The notes below the pieces were generated by a model. It was not told the DNA's origin. It ran no database searches and worked only from the letters and a program-made list of their open reading frames with translations. Made by a program: the position numbers and the translations under genes. From assembly GCA_030390025.1 (NCBI GenBank), contig CM059433.1, positions 17,052,001 through 17,116,000 on the forward strand: a DNA stretch of 64,000 bases. The letters are read 5' to 3'. Source of the DNA: Squalus acanthias (taxonomy: Eukaryota). This document shows positions 13,203 to 25,278 of the stretch, piece by piece; the stretch's first letter is position 1; each line of letters opens with the position of its first letter.

Positions 13203-14067
13203 GGCTGTGATTTTGTCATTGGATGTGGTTTGGGTGTGGGTCAGCTGGTTTCCAGGTTCCAGTCCCGCCCCCAACTGCATCCGGCCTACGGACGTGATTT
13301 TACGTCGATTGACCTTGTTAAGCCTGCCCTGCGGGCTTGCCGGCCAACTAAGAGGAAGCTGGTCAGATGACATCATTTGATGACGCGTCATCTGCCGGTT
13401 TTCTTGAAGGGACCACGCACAATTTTTTTTTGACAGCTCCTTTCTCAGTGTTTGACAGCATTGAGGTGCTGCAAATACTGACAATCACTGTACAAAGGTG
13501 AGCTCTTGAACCCAGGCTCTCCAATGACTCCCTCCTTAGGCTAGAACAGATGGCAGCTGCAGGTGAGGCTACAGAAGCGATCTGTCACTGGTGAGAGAGG
13601 TTCTCCCCATGAGGTGGCGCTGGACATCCAATTCAAAACTTGTTACCTACAGAAAAGTGTAAATACATTAAAAATGATTTTCTCAACATTTTCTTACCTC
13701 TGAAACCATTGGATCCCTCACACCACTTCTGCAGCTGTCATCAATGCAGAAACATTACAGCAGACTCACAACACGCCACACTTACCTGGCGTGGTGTCCG
13801 GACGTCAGGAAACCCGAGGCAGAAGCAGCAAAATTGAAAAAGAGCCTGTTAACAAGTATCAAGTACCTGTTAACAGGCAGTTAAGTGGCTATAATCCTCT
13901 TCCTGCCGCTAGGTGTCGGGTCCATGCGCAAATCGGGGACCCAAAATTTGGGAAGATTGATTGGAGGCGGCTTGACAGCGGGTTTCCTACCCGCTGTCAA
14001 TCTTTGCGATTTTGACAGCAGGTCCCACCTCATAACCCGCCCCCTGAGCACCGGCAAAATTGCGGCC
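13203..14067. mobile_element. Harbinger-like MITE nested in another MITE remnant (~12796-14160)
   Basis: Inverted ends GGCTGTGATTTTG / CAAAATTGCGGCC flanked by TTT on both sides (3-bp TSD). Confidence 0.6.
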
Positions 14068-15724
14068 TTTGACTTGAAAAATACTTCTCCTATGTCTCTT
14101 TTTTTCTCTCCCTCAATCCAATCTTTCTTTCCCTCTCTTTACTTCTCGTTCCGTATCTAGCTTGACTCAAAACAAAATCAAGTACTCAGACTCTAGGATT
14201 AAAGTAATGGAAATCTGGGAGAGAAGAGAAAGGGAAAAGAGAGAGTGATTGCCACCAAAATCCAGGGCACAATTATCTATAAATAATTTTTTAAAATGTT
14301 TTTTGGTATTCATTTTAGCTAATATTTTGTTGCATTAAATTCAGTTTCTATAAGGGGTTTCTAGTTTTTATAATATTTCAATTAAAATAAAAGCTAAAAT
14401 GGAATGGCAGGTGGAAAAAAACATTGTTGACTGGGCAGTTTCAATGTTAGATGACAGAACAAGTGCTTCCATCTGTATCTCTATTCAGGCACGTTAAGAG
14501 TAGAGAGAGCACTGTTATCAGAAATTCAACAAGCAAATCGTAAATATAACGGAATTACAGAGTGGAGTTTCAAAAAGAACTTCAAATTTTCCATTCTGGG
14601 AAAGGGCTCTGGGGAAGGGAAGTAATCAATTCTAACCTGAAACAGAAAACTAGTTGTCTAGCTGCAGTATTTTGAAGGGGTAGCTTTGTTACTCAAGTGT
14701 ATTTTAATTATGCAAAATCTCCTTAGCTTTGAAAACGTTTATCAAATGTGACATGATATAATGCAGATATATTAGGACTTTCAAATTCCAATCCAAATAA
14801 ATTAGTATGTTTAAAAGTAATTTCTGAAATATAGTGACAATAAACTTTATGATCCATTTTACTGAATCACTATGCAAAAAGTTAATAAGGTTGTAGCAAA
14901 TGATCCAACAAGTGCTTTAATTATCTCCCTATTCCAATAAACAACCAACAATACTGTTCAAAAGAGCAATTATAACAATTATGCACTGAATTCTTTACTA
15001 TTTATAAAACAGTTAAGAATTTGGTTTGGCACATCACATTTCTGTTCTAGTTCCATGTTGCAAGTTTAAGAATTGCTCTCCAATACACTGAGAGAGAAGA
15101 AAAGGGGCTCTCCACCTACAAGGTTACTAGCTCAAGGTCGCCACAGCACAGCAGCACATGTGGCAAAATAATGCACCCGTGAACAAATTATTGTAATTTT
15201 TGTTAAATATACAAACTTGGGTCAGATCCTGTAAGAGGGTGGCACTGTGAAAACATGGAAACATAATTATCAAACCAAAATAATATGGTGTATGACTTAA
15301 TAATTATATAGAGAATAATAGTTAGTGAATGATCCACCACATTGAATCTCATTAAGCAGCTCAAATGACACCATCTGAAACTCATGAGACTACTGGTTTG
15401 GATTCACTCCGATCTACAATGTGGAGCTCATGGGGTAGGCTTATTATTTTGTAGGTCCCTTCTTTACAAGTGATCAGTGACATTCAGTTTGGTTGATATG
15501 TGATATAACCACATGGCTATTGAGAGATTTTCCATTAAACAAGCTTGGATTGTAATCAGCAGATGTTCTGCTTCAGGGCTCCTGGTTCATGGCTTAGCAT
15601 TGTGCAATTCTGCACTGAGAATCACAAAAACAATTTTTTTCCCCCTATGTTCAGCTAAATTCATATGACATGTTCTAACATTTCTGTGCTAAAGAACCCT
15701 GGGTTGGTCACAGAAAGGGGATCA

Positions 15725-16840
15725 AAGCGAGGGGAGAGTGGGGAAAGCGAGGGGAGAGTGGGGAAAGCGAGGGGAGAGTGGGGAAAGCGAGGGGAGAGTG
15801 GGGAAAGCGAGGGGAGAGTGGGGAAAGCGAGGGGAGAGTGGGAAAGCGAGGGGAGAGTGGGGAAAAGCGGGGGGGGGAGAGTGGGGAAAGAGGGAGGGAG
15901 AGGGAGGGAGGGAGGGAGGGAGGGAAGAGGAAGGGAAAGAAGAAGGGAGGGAAGAGGAAGGGAGGGAAGAAAGAGGGAGGGAGAGAGGGAGGGAGGGAAA
16001 GAGGGAGGGAAAGAGGGAGGGAGGGAGGGAAAGAAGAAGGGAGGGAGAGAAAGAAGAAGGGAGGGAGAGAAAGAAGAAGGGAGGGAAGGAAAGAGGGAGG
16101 GAGGGAAGGAAAGGGAGGGAAGGAAAGGGAAGGGAAGGGAGGGAAGGGAAGGGAGGGAGGAAGGGAAAGAGGGAGGAAGGGAAAGAGGGAGGAAGGGAAA
16201 GAGGGAGGGAGGGAAAGAGGGAGGGAGAGGAAGGAGGGAGGGAAAGAGGGATGGAGGGAGGGAGGGAAAGAGGGAGGGAGAGGGNNNNNNNNNNNNNNNN
16301 NNNNNNNNNNNNNNNNNNNNNNNNNNNNNNNNNNNNNNNNNNNNNNNNNNNNNNNNNNNNNNNNNNNNNNNNNNNNNNNNNNNNNNNNNNNNNNNNNNNN
16401 NNNNNNNNNNNNNNNNNNNNNNNNNNNNNNNNNNNNNNNNNNNNNNNNNNNNNNNNNNNNNNNNNNNNNNNNNNNNNNNNNNNNNNNNNNNNNNNNNNNN
16501 NNNNNNNNNNNNNNNNNNNNNNNNNNNNNNNNNNNNNNNNNNNNNNNNNNNNNNNNNNNNNNNNNNNNNNNNNNNNNNNNNNNNNNNNNNNNNNNNNNNN
16601 NNNNNNNNNNNNNNNNNNNNNNNNNNNNNNNNNNNNNNNNNNNNNNNNNNNNNNNNNNNNNNNNNNNNNNNNNNNNNNNNNNNNNNNNNNNNNNNNNNNN
16701 NNNNNNNNNNNNNNNNNNNNNNNNNNNNNNNNNNNNNNNNGAGAGAGTGAGGGTGGTGGTGGGGGAGAGAGAGTGAGGGTGGTGGGGGAGAGAGGGAGGT
16801 GGGTAAAAGAATGAGGGAGTGAGAGCAAAGAGAGGGAGGG
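15725..16840 (+). repeat. 20-bp purine minisatellite (GGGGAAAGCGAGGGGAGAGT, ~7 copies) grading into a GA-rich low-complexity tract, spanning an N gap
   Basis: Seen directly; Ns at 16285-16740. Confidence 0.95.
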
Positions 16841-17407
16841 ACTGGACAAAACCTGTATTAAAAATATAATTGGAAATGTTAAAACATTTTAATAGAGCTA
16901 CAGAAGCAAACCTGAAGTGAATCACAATGTACAGAACAATTTCTCTTCAAACCTCATTGCGAGCAACTAGCAATAATGCTACACTAAATCCAGACATTAA
17001 CTATTTACATACTCACAAGAGACATAGTACTGGAAGGTTGAAAAAAAAAATAGTTCTCCAAACTCTCAAGTCTAGCCCTTTTTTAGTTTACCTTTAGTGA
17101 AAATTCAATTTAAGTCGAGGTCAGGATTTTAAGTGGTTGCATCTGGTAGGTTATTAAAGCCCAGTTAAATCTGGAATGTCAGCAGTCTTCATTTACAGAA
17201 CATATTAAGGGGCAGACTAGAAGCCATCTGGTCTTGCATTACAGAAACAGTTACCTTAGATCTCTTCATCAAGTGTCAAGAGATATTGTAGAAAGTAATT
17301 TGCCAAGTTTCTAGTTCTTAATACATTCACACAGCTGCTTGACCTTAATAGGTTGTGGAAAGTAGTCAATTTATTAATGAAAAAAAACGTGAAAACAACT
17401 GAACAAA

Positions 17408-19012
17408 TGATATCCTGTGACAGTAGTAAAGTATCCCTTCTCATCCATTTCGACCTGTCTGGATCCTTTGACATGGTTGACCACACCGTCCTCCTCCAAT
17501 ACCTCGCCTCCATAGTCCAGCTGGGTGGGACTGCCCTCGCTTGGTTCCATTCCAACCTATCCAGTCAGCTGTGGCTCTCGCCTCTGAGTCAGAAGGTTGT
17601 GGGTTCAAGTCCCACTCCAGGGACTTGAGCACATAAATCTAGGCTGACACTTCAGTGTAGTACTGAGGGAGTGCTGCACTGTCGGAAGTGCCGTCTTTCG
17701 GATGAGACGTTAAACCGTCTGCTCTCTCAGGTGGATGTAAAAGACCCCAAGGCACTATTTTGAAGAAGAGCAGGGGAGTTATCCCCGGTGTCCTGACCAA
17801 TATTTATCTCTCAATCCACATAACAAAAACAGATTATCTGGCCATTATCATATTGCTGTTTGTGCACAAATTGGCTGCCGCGTTTTCTACATTATAACAG
17901 TGACTACACTCCAAAAGTACTTGATTGGCTGTAAAGTGCTTTGAGATGTCCGGTGGTCGTGAAAAGCACTATATAAATGCAAGTCTTTCTTTTTCTTTTA
18001 TCTAGAGAATCACCTGCAATGGCTTCTCTTCCCATTCTGTTACCTCTGGAGGCACCCAAGGATCTATCCTTGGCCCCCCTTTTATTTCTCATATGAAAAC
18101 ATGTCAGGTTCCACGTTGGCATCCAGCTCTACCTCACCACCACCTCTGATTTGTCACGCTGCTCGTACGACATCCAGTATTGGATGAGCAGAAATTTCCT
18201 CCAATTAAATATTAGGATAACCAAAGCCATTGTCTTCGGTCGCAGCCACAAACCCCATTCCTCAGCCACTGACTCCATCCCTCTTCCTAGCCACAGTCTG
18301 AGGGTGAACTAGACCGTCTGCAACCTTGCCGTCATATTTAACCGAGCTGAGCTTCCGACCCCGTATCCACCCCATCACCAAGACTGCTTACTTGCACCCC
18401 CATAACATCGCCCGTCTCCACCCCTGCCTCAGCTCATCTGCTGCTGAAATCCTCACCCATGCCTTTGTTACCTCGAGACTCAACTATTCTAATGCTCTTC
18501 TGGCAGGCCTCCCACCTTATACCTTCCATAAACTTGATTTTGCCCAAAACTCTGCTGCCCATATCCTAATTTGCACCAAGTCCTATTCACCCACCACCCC
18601 TGTGCTCGCTGACCTTTGTCTCCCAGTCCGGCCATACGTCGATTTTAAAATTCTCATCCTAGTTTCCAAATCCCTCAATAGCCTTGCCCCGCCCTATCTT
18701 TATAACCTCCTCCAGCCCTACAACCCTCAAGCTCTCTGGACTCCTCCAATTCTGGTCTCTTGCACACCCTGATTTTCATCGCCCCACATTTGACGGCTAT
18801 GCCTTCAGCTGCCTTGTCCCATAACTCTGGAATTCCCTCCTTAAATCTCTCCACCTCTCTCCTCCTTTAAGACGCTCCTTAAAACCTACCTCTTTGACCA
18901 AGCTTTTGGTCACCTGTCCTAATATCTCATTTGCCTCGTGTCAAATTTTGTTTGATACTGCTCCTGTGAAGCGCCTTGTGATGTTTTACTACTTTAAAGG
19001 TGCTATATAAAG
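17408..19012 (+). mobile_element. L2 LINE 3' fragment with inserted SINE
   Basis: SLLIHFDLSGSFDMVDH..ALAWFHS, and later AEILTHAFVTSRLNYSNALLAGLP (L2 ORF2). Tail GTGAAGCGCCTTG..AAAGGTGCTATATAA. Confidence 0.85.
17564..17999 (+). mobile_element. DeuSINE (SacSINE1-like), A box partly deleted
   Basis: Closely similar to 3394-3865. Confidence 0.85.
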
Positions 19013-19621
19013 TTTATAGTAACAGACCAAGCCCAGATTGAAATTCTCAGTAAATTTAGTTTTCATAGCACAAATGAGTAGGTTTTCACAATAGCACCCC
19101 TGATGTATGTTGACACAACACAATTAGAACTCGATAACAATCCCTCAGTATAACAGTTAAACCTACAAAAAGCTTTCCTGAGATAGTAACAGGTGCATTT
19201 TGCTTCCACAGCAAATTAAAGTTTGCCTACCAGCTCCCTGATATTACTTAGCAGATACACCTAGTGAGAAAGAGCCCAACTATCTTTGAAGTATGTCTTC
19301 AGTATTTGAATAAATTACAATTAACATGTGCATGTTACAAAATACAGAGAATTCATGACAATAAGAATTTGCTCCTATGTGTATCTGGCAAGACATGGAC
19401 AGACAGCACTTCAACATCAAAAAATATAATTCATAAGGTACAAATATTTTAATTTCAGTCTTTATTGTAAAAATCCAATATTCACAGGAATTTCATTTAG
19501 TCAATGTTATGCAAGTCATTTGCAAAGAATATCTTTATGCAAATTAATTCAGTTATCTTGCATTCTTTAAAAGGAAGCATAGTTCACAAAAACATTTTAT
19601 TATATGAAAATATAACAAGTA

Positions 19622-19713
19622 TTATCCTTTACTCATTTCATTTCCTAGTCTTTGATAAGACAGGATGTCAATGATCCAGGAGTGGAATAGAAAGCAGACT
19701 GCAGTGGCCTCCT
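19622..19713 (-). CDS. ERICH1: ERICH1 terminal exon 6 (not reached in frame in this sequence)
   Basis: Acceptor tctcttgcag, phase 1. Reads (E)EATAVCFLFHSWIIDILSYQRLGNEMSKG*, versus recalled DHARVISAFFSYWITHILP. A minus-strand AATAAA follows at 19461-19466. Confidence 0.78.
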
Positions 19714-20224
19714 CTGCAAGAGATCACAAGAGACTAAAAATATTTATATATTAGTAAAGTGCAATTTATAAAAAATCTCCACTATAATACTTACATAATT
19801 ACAACATTCACAAATTAGCACAATTGTGTGTTTGATGTTTACACATGGATCCTCTGCAGTGGACCCTCCAAGATGTACTCCTTCACCTCCTCAATTTTTC
19901 TCTGAAAAGGTAGTATACCTCTGGTAACATTGGGTAAAATCCACTACCTTCAGATGACTCGGGCACCATTGCCATGTTCAATATCAAAGCACCTCTGGCT
20001 GTTGCCAGGACCAGTGCCAAAACAGGTAGCGACAGTATGAGGCAATATTCTACAAGAAACCATATGGTAGAAGACCTAGTATTGAAGGAACCCTGGAAAC
20101 ATGATGGGGTGGGGAAAAGTAAGCTTCCTCAATACATTGCTTGTTCTTTTATGAATGAGGTGTTGGTGAGAAAGTTTAATGCCAAAACCAATTGCAGTAG
20201 TAGATAATTTTCCATCAAAACTGC

Positions 20225-20335
20225 AACCATTACAACAATGACCGAGCTTCAAAAGTATTTATTTGGCTGTAAAACGCTTGGGGACGTAGAGGTTGTGGAA
20301 GGCACTATATAAATGCAAGTTTGCTCTTTCTTTAT
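20225..20335 (+). mobile_element. DeuSINE 3' tail fragment
   Basis: TTCAAAAGTA..TTGGCTGTAAAACGCTTGGGGACG..GGCACTATATAAATGCAAGT matches the SINE tails. Confidence 0.65.
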
Positions 20336-20999
20336 TACCATAGCTGTCAGCTACTAAACACATTAATGTTTATAGTAAACTTTTTGTATAGCCAATAGTT
20401 AAGACCATTACCAAAGGCACAAGAGAACTAATGCCCCAGTACACCAGAAGGCCTTGTAACCAGAGTGGGGCAGATCACCTCCTCCAAATGGCACCTATTT
20501 GTTGAGGGAGTGTCCCTTTCAGAATGTCCTTCCTTTCTCTTCCTCCTGATGATTAGGTAGATTTATTTTCTCCAAAAGCTTGCCAAGTACAAATTACTTT
20601 TCCTCCTCTCTTTTTTAAACTCAGTTAAAATCTCATTCCTATCCATTACTTTAAAAAATACTTTTATTTTGAGTTTTGGTAGACTAATCTAATTTGTAAA
20701 TTAAGTCTCATTCATGGAAAACTGAAGGCGTTCTATTGTTTATCAGTGTGCATCATTGGACATAGATAACCACACCCACAGTACTTAATCCCTCAGCATT
20801 TTCTTCAAACTATGTTAGAACATGAATTATGTTACATCCACTGTTCCCTCTGCATGGCCCATTCAGATTTCTCCACATGTGCGGTTTTTCCATTGTAAAG
20901 CCAGCAAGCGGCCTGCATGGGACCTCCAGACATCTACGCGGCTGTGCAACCCAACGGGAACATTGGTTACATCTGGCACCAAATTCCCATTGTTCTTTC

Positions 21000-21660
21000 G
21001 AGCTTGACAGGGTTGATGCTGAGAGGCTGTTTCCCCTGGCTGGAGAGTCTAGAACTAGGGGCCATAGTCTCAGGATAAGGGGTCAGCCATTTAGGACTGC
21101 AATGAGGAGAAATTTCTTTTCTCAGAGGGTTGCGAATCTTTGGAATTCTCTACCTTAGAGTGCTGTGGAGGCTTAGTCGTTGAGTGTATTCAAGACGGAG
21201 ATCAACAGATTTTTGGATTATAAGGGAATCAAGGGATATGGCAAGAAAGTGGAGTTGAGGTAGATCAGCCATGATCTTATTGAATGGTGGAGCAGACTCC
21301 AGGGCCTTCTCCTGCTCCTATTTCTTATGTTCTTATAGAAGGGCCCTCAATTACCAAGGGCTTATAATGCCCAAAGACTAACTGAGGAACAGGCACACCA
21401 ATGCAATTGCCTGTCATTAAATTAAGGAAATTTCTGAAACCCTTAAACTGGTTAAGATCTGGAATGCACTACCTGAAAAGGATGATGGAATCAGATTCCA
21501 TAGGAACTTTTAAAAGGCAATTGGACATGCACTTGAAAAAGGACTAATTTGCTGGGTTATGGTGGAAAAAGCTGGGGTGTGGGACTAAATTGGACAGCTC
21601 TTAAAAGAGCAGGCGTAGGCATGACAGGCCACATAACCTCCTGTGCTGTAAGATTTTATA
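21000..21660 (+). mobile_element. Two CR1 3'-end fragments (~21000-21335 and ~21450-21660)
   Basis: LDRVDAERLFPLAGESRTRGHSLRIRG..FFSQRVANLWNSLP and (TTCTTATG) tail; a second, more degenerate tail follows. Confidence 0.8.
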
Positions 21661-22278
21661 GTGCCTTCCAAAGGGGCAGTTCAGCTTGGGCAAAACTAGA
21701 ATCTCAGGTCCATATGTTGGTAGAAGTTTTATAAAATAGCTAATACAATTTTTTTCAAATAAAGCTGTAATAAAAAAAATGCCCAGATGTAAAACATTAA
21801 GTTCTGTATAAACTTAAACAAATGGATCAAATTTAGCACTGCAAAAATGTGTTATTGGGTAATGAACCTGCAAAGAATCAGAGCAGACCAACTGACAGTG
21901 GATTGCATTAGACAATCGTAATGAAGCTAAGGAATCAATATGTTAACAAGGTCAGTTATAGCTCAGCACTGATTAAACTTAATTTAAAATTCTATTGTAT
22001 AAATCACATTTAAGTTGAAGGTGTAATTGCTCTCCCATTGTACAAGTGCTATTTCAGTAGAGCCTTTCTGCTGTACAAGTGTTTCTCCTTGCTGAGGACA
22101 AACCATAAATCAGCATGTTTCTAACATTTTACAGTGTGCTTTTGTAAGGCTTGTAGGGCTAGGACAAAATCTGAAGCTAGAGAGTAAATCTCAAATATCC
22201 TTGGATTTGTTAGACAGCACTTCTTGGGAGCCACTTGGGTGAGTCACACCAAGTCCATTTTACAGAAACCACTGGTTC

Positions 22279-23542
22279 TGTAAGCTTTGCAAAATTCCCC
22301 AGAAACTCGTATAGAACCCTAAAAAGGGGTGATTTTTGGATTTGTCATATGAATTTGGGATGATGGGACCTAAATGAAGTGATTTGAGGCAAAAAACCTC
22401 AGTTTTGGACATTTTTAAGGATCAGGGAAGAAAACCCCTGAGGAAAATGACTTTTGGATATGACTATGGGGAAAAACACCTTTCACAGACACAAGACAGG
22501 CTGCGGAGGGGTGTGGCGAGGCAGTGGACAGCTTTTGGATATTGGGGCCCAGTCGAGCTGTCTGGAGTATGTTTGCACTGCAATCCAAGCAGGAGGATGA
22601 GCCTCACCCAAAACCTCACAAACACATCCAAAATTGAATAATTCAAGACACCTTTTGAAAATCCCTAGGCCCAGCAAGAAACCCAAAACATGAGGACAAT
22701 GCCAACTCCGATTAAACAGATCGACAGGATGGAGCTATCCGGAAACCACTTCACACATTTACAAAACCAGTTAACACACTAGTAAAGTCGTTACTGTTAA
22801 CGAGGTCTTACAATGACTGGGATTTGATTTAGGGTAGATAAGGCCACTTTAATTTATTATAATTGAAGGCCCATCAAGGAGTTACAAGTTGAAGTTCTCC
22901 AGTAAAGGAGTTCAAGTTCAACAGAAGGCAGTTCTGCAGTTCAATTGAAAAGCCGGTGTTGAACAGAGTTCAGGACAAGCAGGGAAAAGGCAGTTTCCAC
23001 AGTTCTGCAAGAAGGCAGTTCCACAGCTCGGAAGAAGACAGTTTAAACAGAGGCAGAGTTACAACAAGAAGTTAAACAAAGGCGGCCAACAGCTTCACAA
23101 GCAGACCGACACGCAAGAAGCCAGAGCGACTGCCTCAGTGACCATCGGACACCTCGTGGCAACAAGGGCCTTACGAAACCTTTTACTCAAAAGACTCTAA
23201 ACCCTAACTCTAAACTGTCAAGGATTCGTTTGGTGAGCATTATCCCTGGTTCTCCAGAGTCCAACCTAGATAGTGAAGTGGGATTGGGAGGGGTGAAGTA
23301 TTCTTCTAATGTTATTTCCCTCGCTTGTACCGAAGTGTTCCCCACCTTTAGAGTGATGAGTGTTTGTGTTGTGTTTTACTTCCTTTAATAAAAGTCAAAG
23401 TTCTTTCATCAAACCTGTTGTCTACCGCATCTTTGTTCACAACCCCCAAATAAGTCCAAGGTCTAGAACCAGGGGCGTGGGAGTGATTCGAACCGCTCAC
23501 TGAGTCAGAGGTGAGGCTGACCCCCACACACCACCCCCTACA
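22279..23542 (+). mobile_element. Solo LTR, copy 1
   Basis: TG...CA termini, GTTC 4-bp TSD (22275-22278 / 23543-23546), AATAAA at 23387-23392. Homologous to 55588-56894. Confidence 0.88.
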
Positions 23543-23609
23543 GTTCCTATGTATTCCTCAAGCATGTTGCATGAACTACAGAAAACATCAAATATAAATA
23601 AGTACAGAC

Positions 23610-23791
23610 CAGGAGTCATCAGAGCAATTTCCTTGAACTCCTCCATAGCTTATCTGTTAATATCCTGTAGGACAATAGCTTCAAACAATGGAGAAGCAGC
23701 ACATCAGGACGGCATAGTTCCCTACTCAAGACCCACAGGACTTGATGCATAATTTCTAAGATGAAAGATATAGTGCCAGTTTCAGATTTAC
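23610..23791 (-). pseudogene. ERICH1: ERICH1 exon 5, degenerate
   Basis: Fragments across frames (GKSETGTISFILEIMHQVL / LE*GTMPS / DVLLLHCLKL / VLQDINR* / AMEEFKEIALMTP G|GT) align with the recalled ERICH1 segment ..MLPSDVSILYHMKTLLLLQDTERLKHALEMF..MPP. The expected acceptor reads ...ttaatg, with no AG. Confidence 0.72.
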
Positions 23792-24895
23792 CATTAAATT
23801 ATAGAACAAAGACTTTTGGGAGTGGAAAATGAAACATTTATCCATGAAATAGTACTTCTAAAAAAATCATCCATGCTACTACATCAAAATAATGATGTTT
23901 CCATAACAATCTGGTTACTTAAATTGATGCAATAATTTTAGGGTTGTAGGGCTACAGAATAATGGGCATGGGTCCAGATTCACAATAGCCCAGAGGCTAC
24001 ATTCCAATCTCAGTCATGTCATTTTCTTCCTCACGGTGCAACGCCATGAAAATCAGAAGTAATCAACCCCGAGCTACTCCTGCAGAGCTCCTAGCAGCTG
24101 ATTCTGGAATGGTACTGGTAAAGGACTAGGTGAAAAACTGCCAGGGACCATTCTCTCACATATCCTAAACTAGCCACTGAAATTCTTGAGAAAAATACAC
24201 AATCTCCATGTTTTCTCCAACAACCTTGGTTGTTATTTCTAAAAATCAGTGGTATTCAGGTCAGGCAGAGGAAAATAAGAGTCAGGCAACACTACACATA
24301 CATCACGTGAATGATTTTAACGTGCTATAATTGTTCCAATGTCACTTATGGTCTACACATACTTGTGGTAGAAACAAAAGTTATATCCCAAAATATTTTA
24401 TTTTTCATTAACATAGCTACAAAATGTTGTAAAATAGTTTTGAAAAGTCAAAAAGAAACCCTTTATAATAATCTACCAGTCTACAACAAGGCACAACCAA
24501 GTTCAAGAATGGAGTAGACTTAATTTGACAGTTGCATATACATACCATAACAAAAATACATCTTCTCAAGCAACAGGGCAGAAATGTGCTTTCAATGTAA
24601 AATCATTTAACTTTCTTCTCTACCTAATTTTTTAAAATAAATTTGGATACCAAAAAATACACTTTCCCCGTGACGTGGAAAACACCAAGTCAGGCTACAT
24701 GTTTTTTAGTTGCTGATTGAACTCGTAATAGATTCAACTTTTCAATCTTAAGGGAGAAGCCAGATTAAGAAATGTTTCTGCTGATTTTCCAGCATTTTCT
24801 GTTATTAAGAAGTGTTTTAATGGGATGGGTGGGGGGAAAAATCAATGCTAGGAAAGAAATTATCCAAGATTATTTTAAGGATTTACAGAATGCAC

Positions 24896-25278
24896 CATCA
24901 GCAAAGTACAATTTCCAGGTTGCATTTAAGAAGTCAAATGACCTGAAGCTGCCTTCTTTTCACCTTCAACAGCACCTTCTTCACTGCTGCCCTCTCCTGG
25001 TTGATAAGTGAATTCCACAGCTGTGGCTCTGGCTACCAGCCCAGCAGCCTTTAGCTTTTCTTTATGTCGTTTCTTTTTCAATTTTCTTTTCCTGTTTTTA
25101 GTTAATGTTTCTGCTCCAGGCTTTGCAGAATCTATATGCAGTGTCTGCAAGATGTCAGCTTGTGATGCCTCTGGCTGCTTAAGTGCAGATTGTGCGTTTT
25201 TATTGTGCTCAAGCAATGAGCTATTGAACTTTCTTCTCCGCCTACGTTTTCTTTGAAATTTGTGTGAACAATCTCCTT
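24896..25278 (-). CDS. ERICH1: ERICH1 exon 4 (frameshifted near its 3' end; in-frame TAA at 24926-24928)
   Basis: Acceptor ctcaattacag. Reads KRRRRRKF...TKNRKRKLKKKRHKEKLKAAGLVARATAVEFTYQP, an ERICH1 hallmark. The conserved DFLNATWKLYFAD-G|GT segment lies in a shifted frame. Confidence 0.88.

Noticed and set aside
15665..16925. 300-400-aa G/R/E- or P/S/L-rich ORFs
   Set aside because: Translations of low-complexity purine DNA and an N gap.
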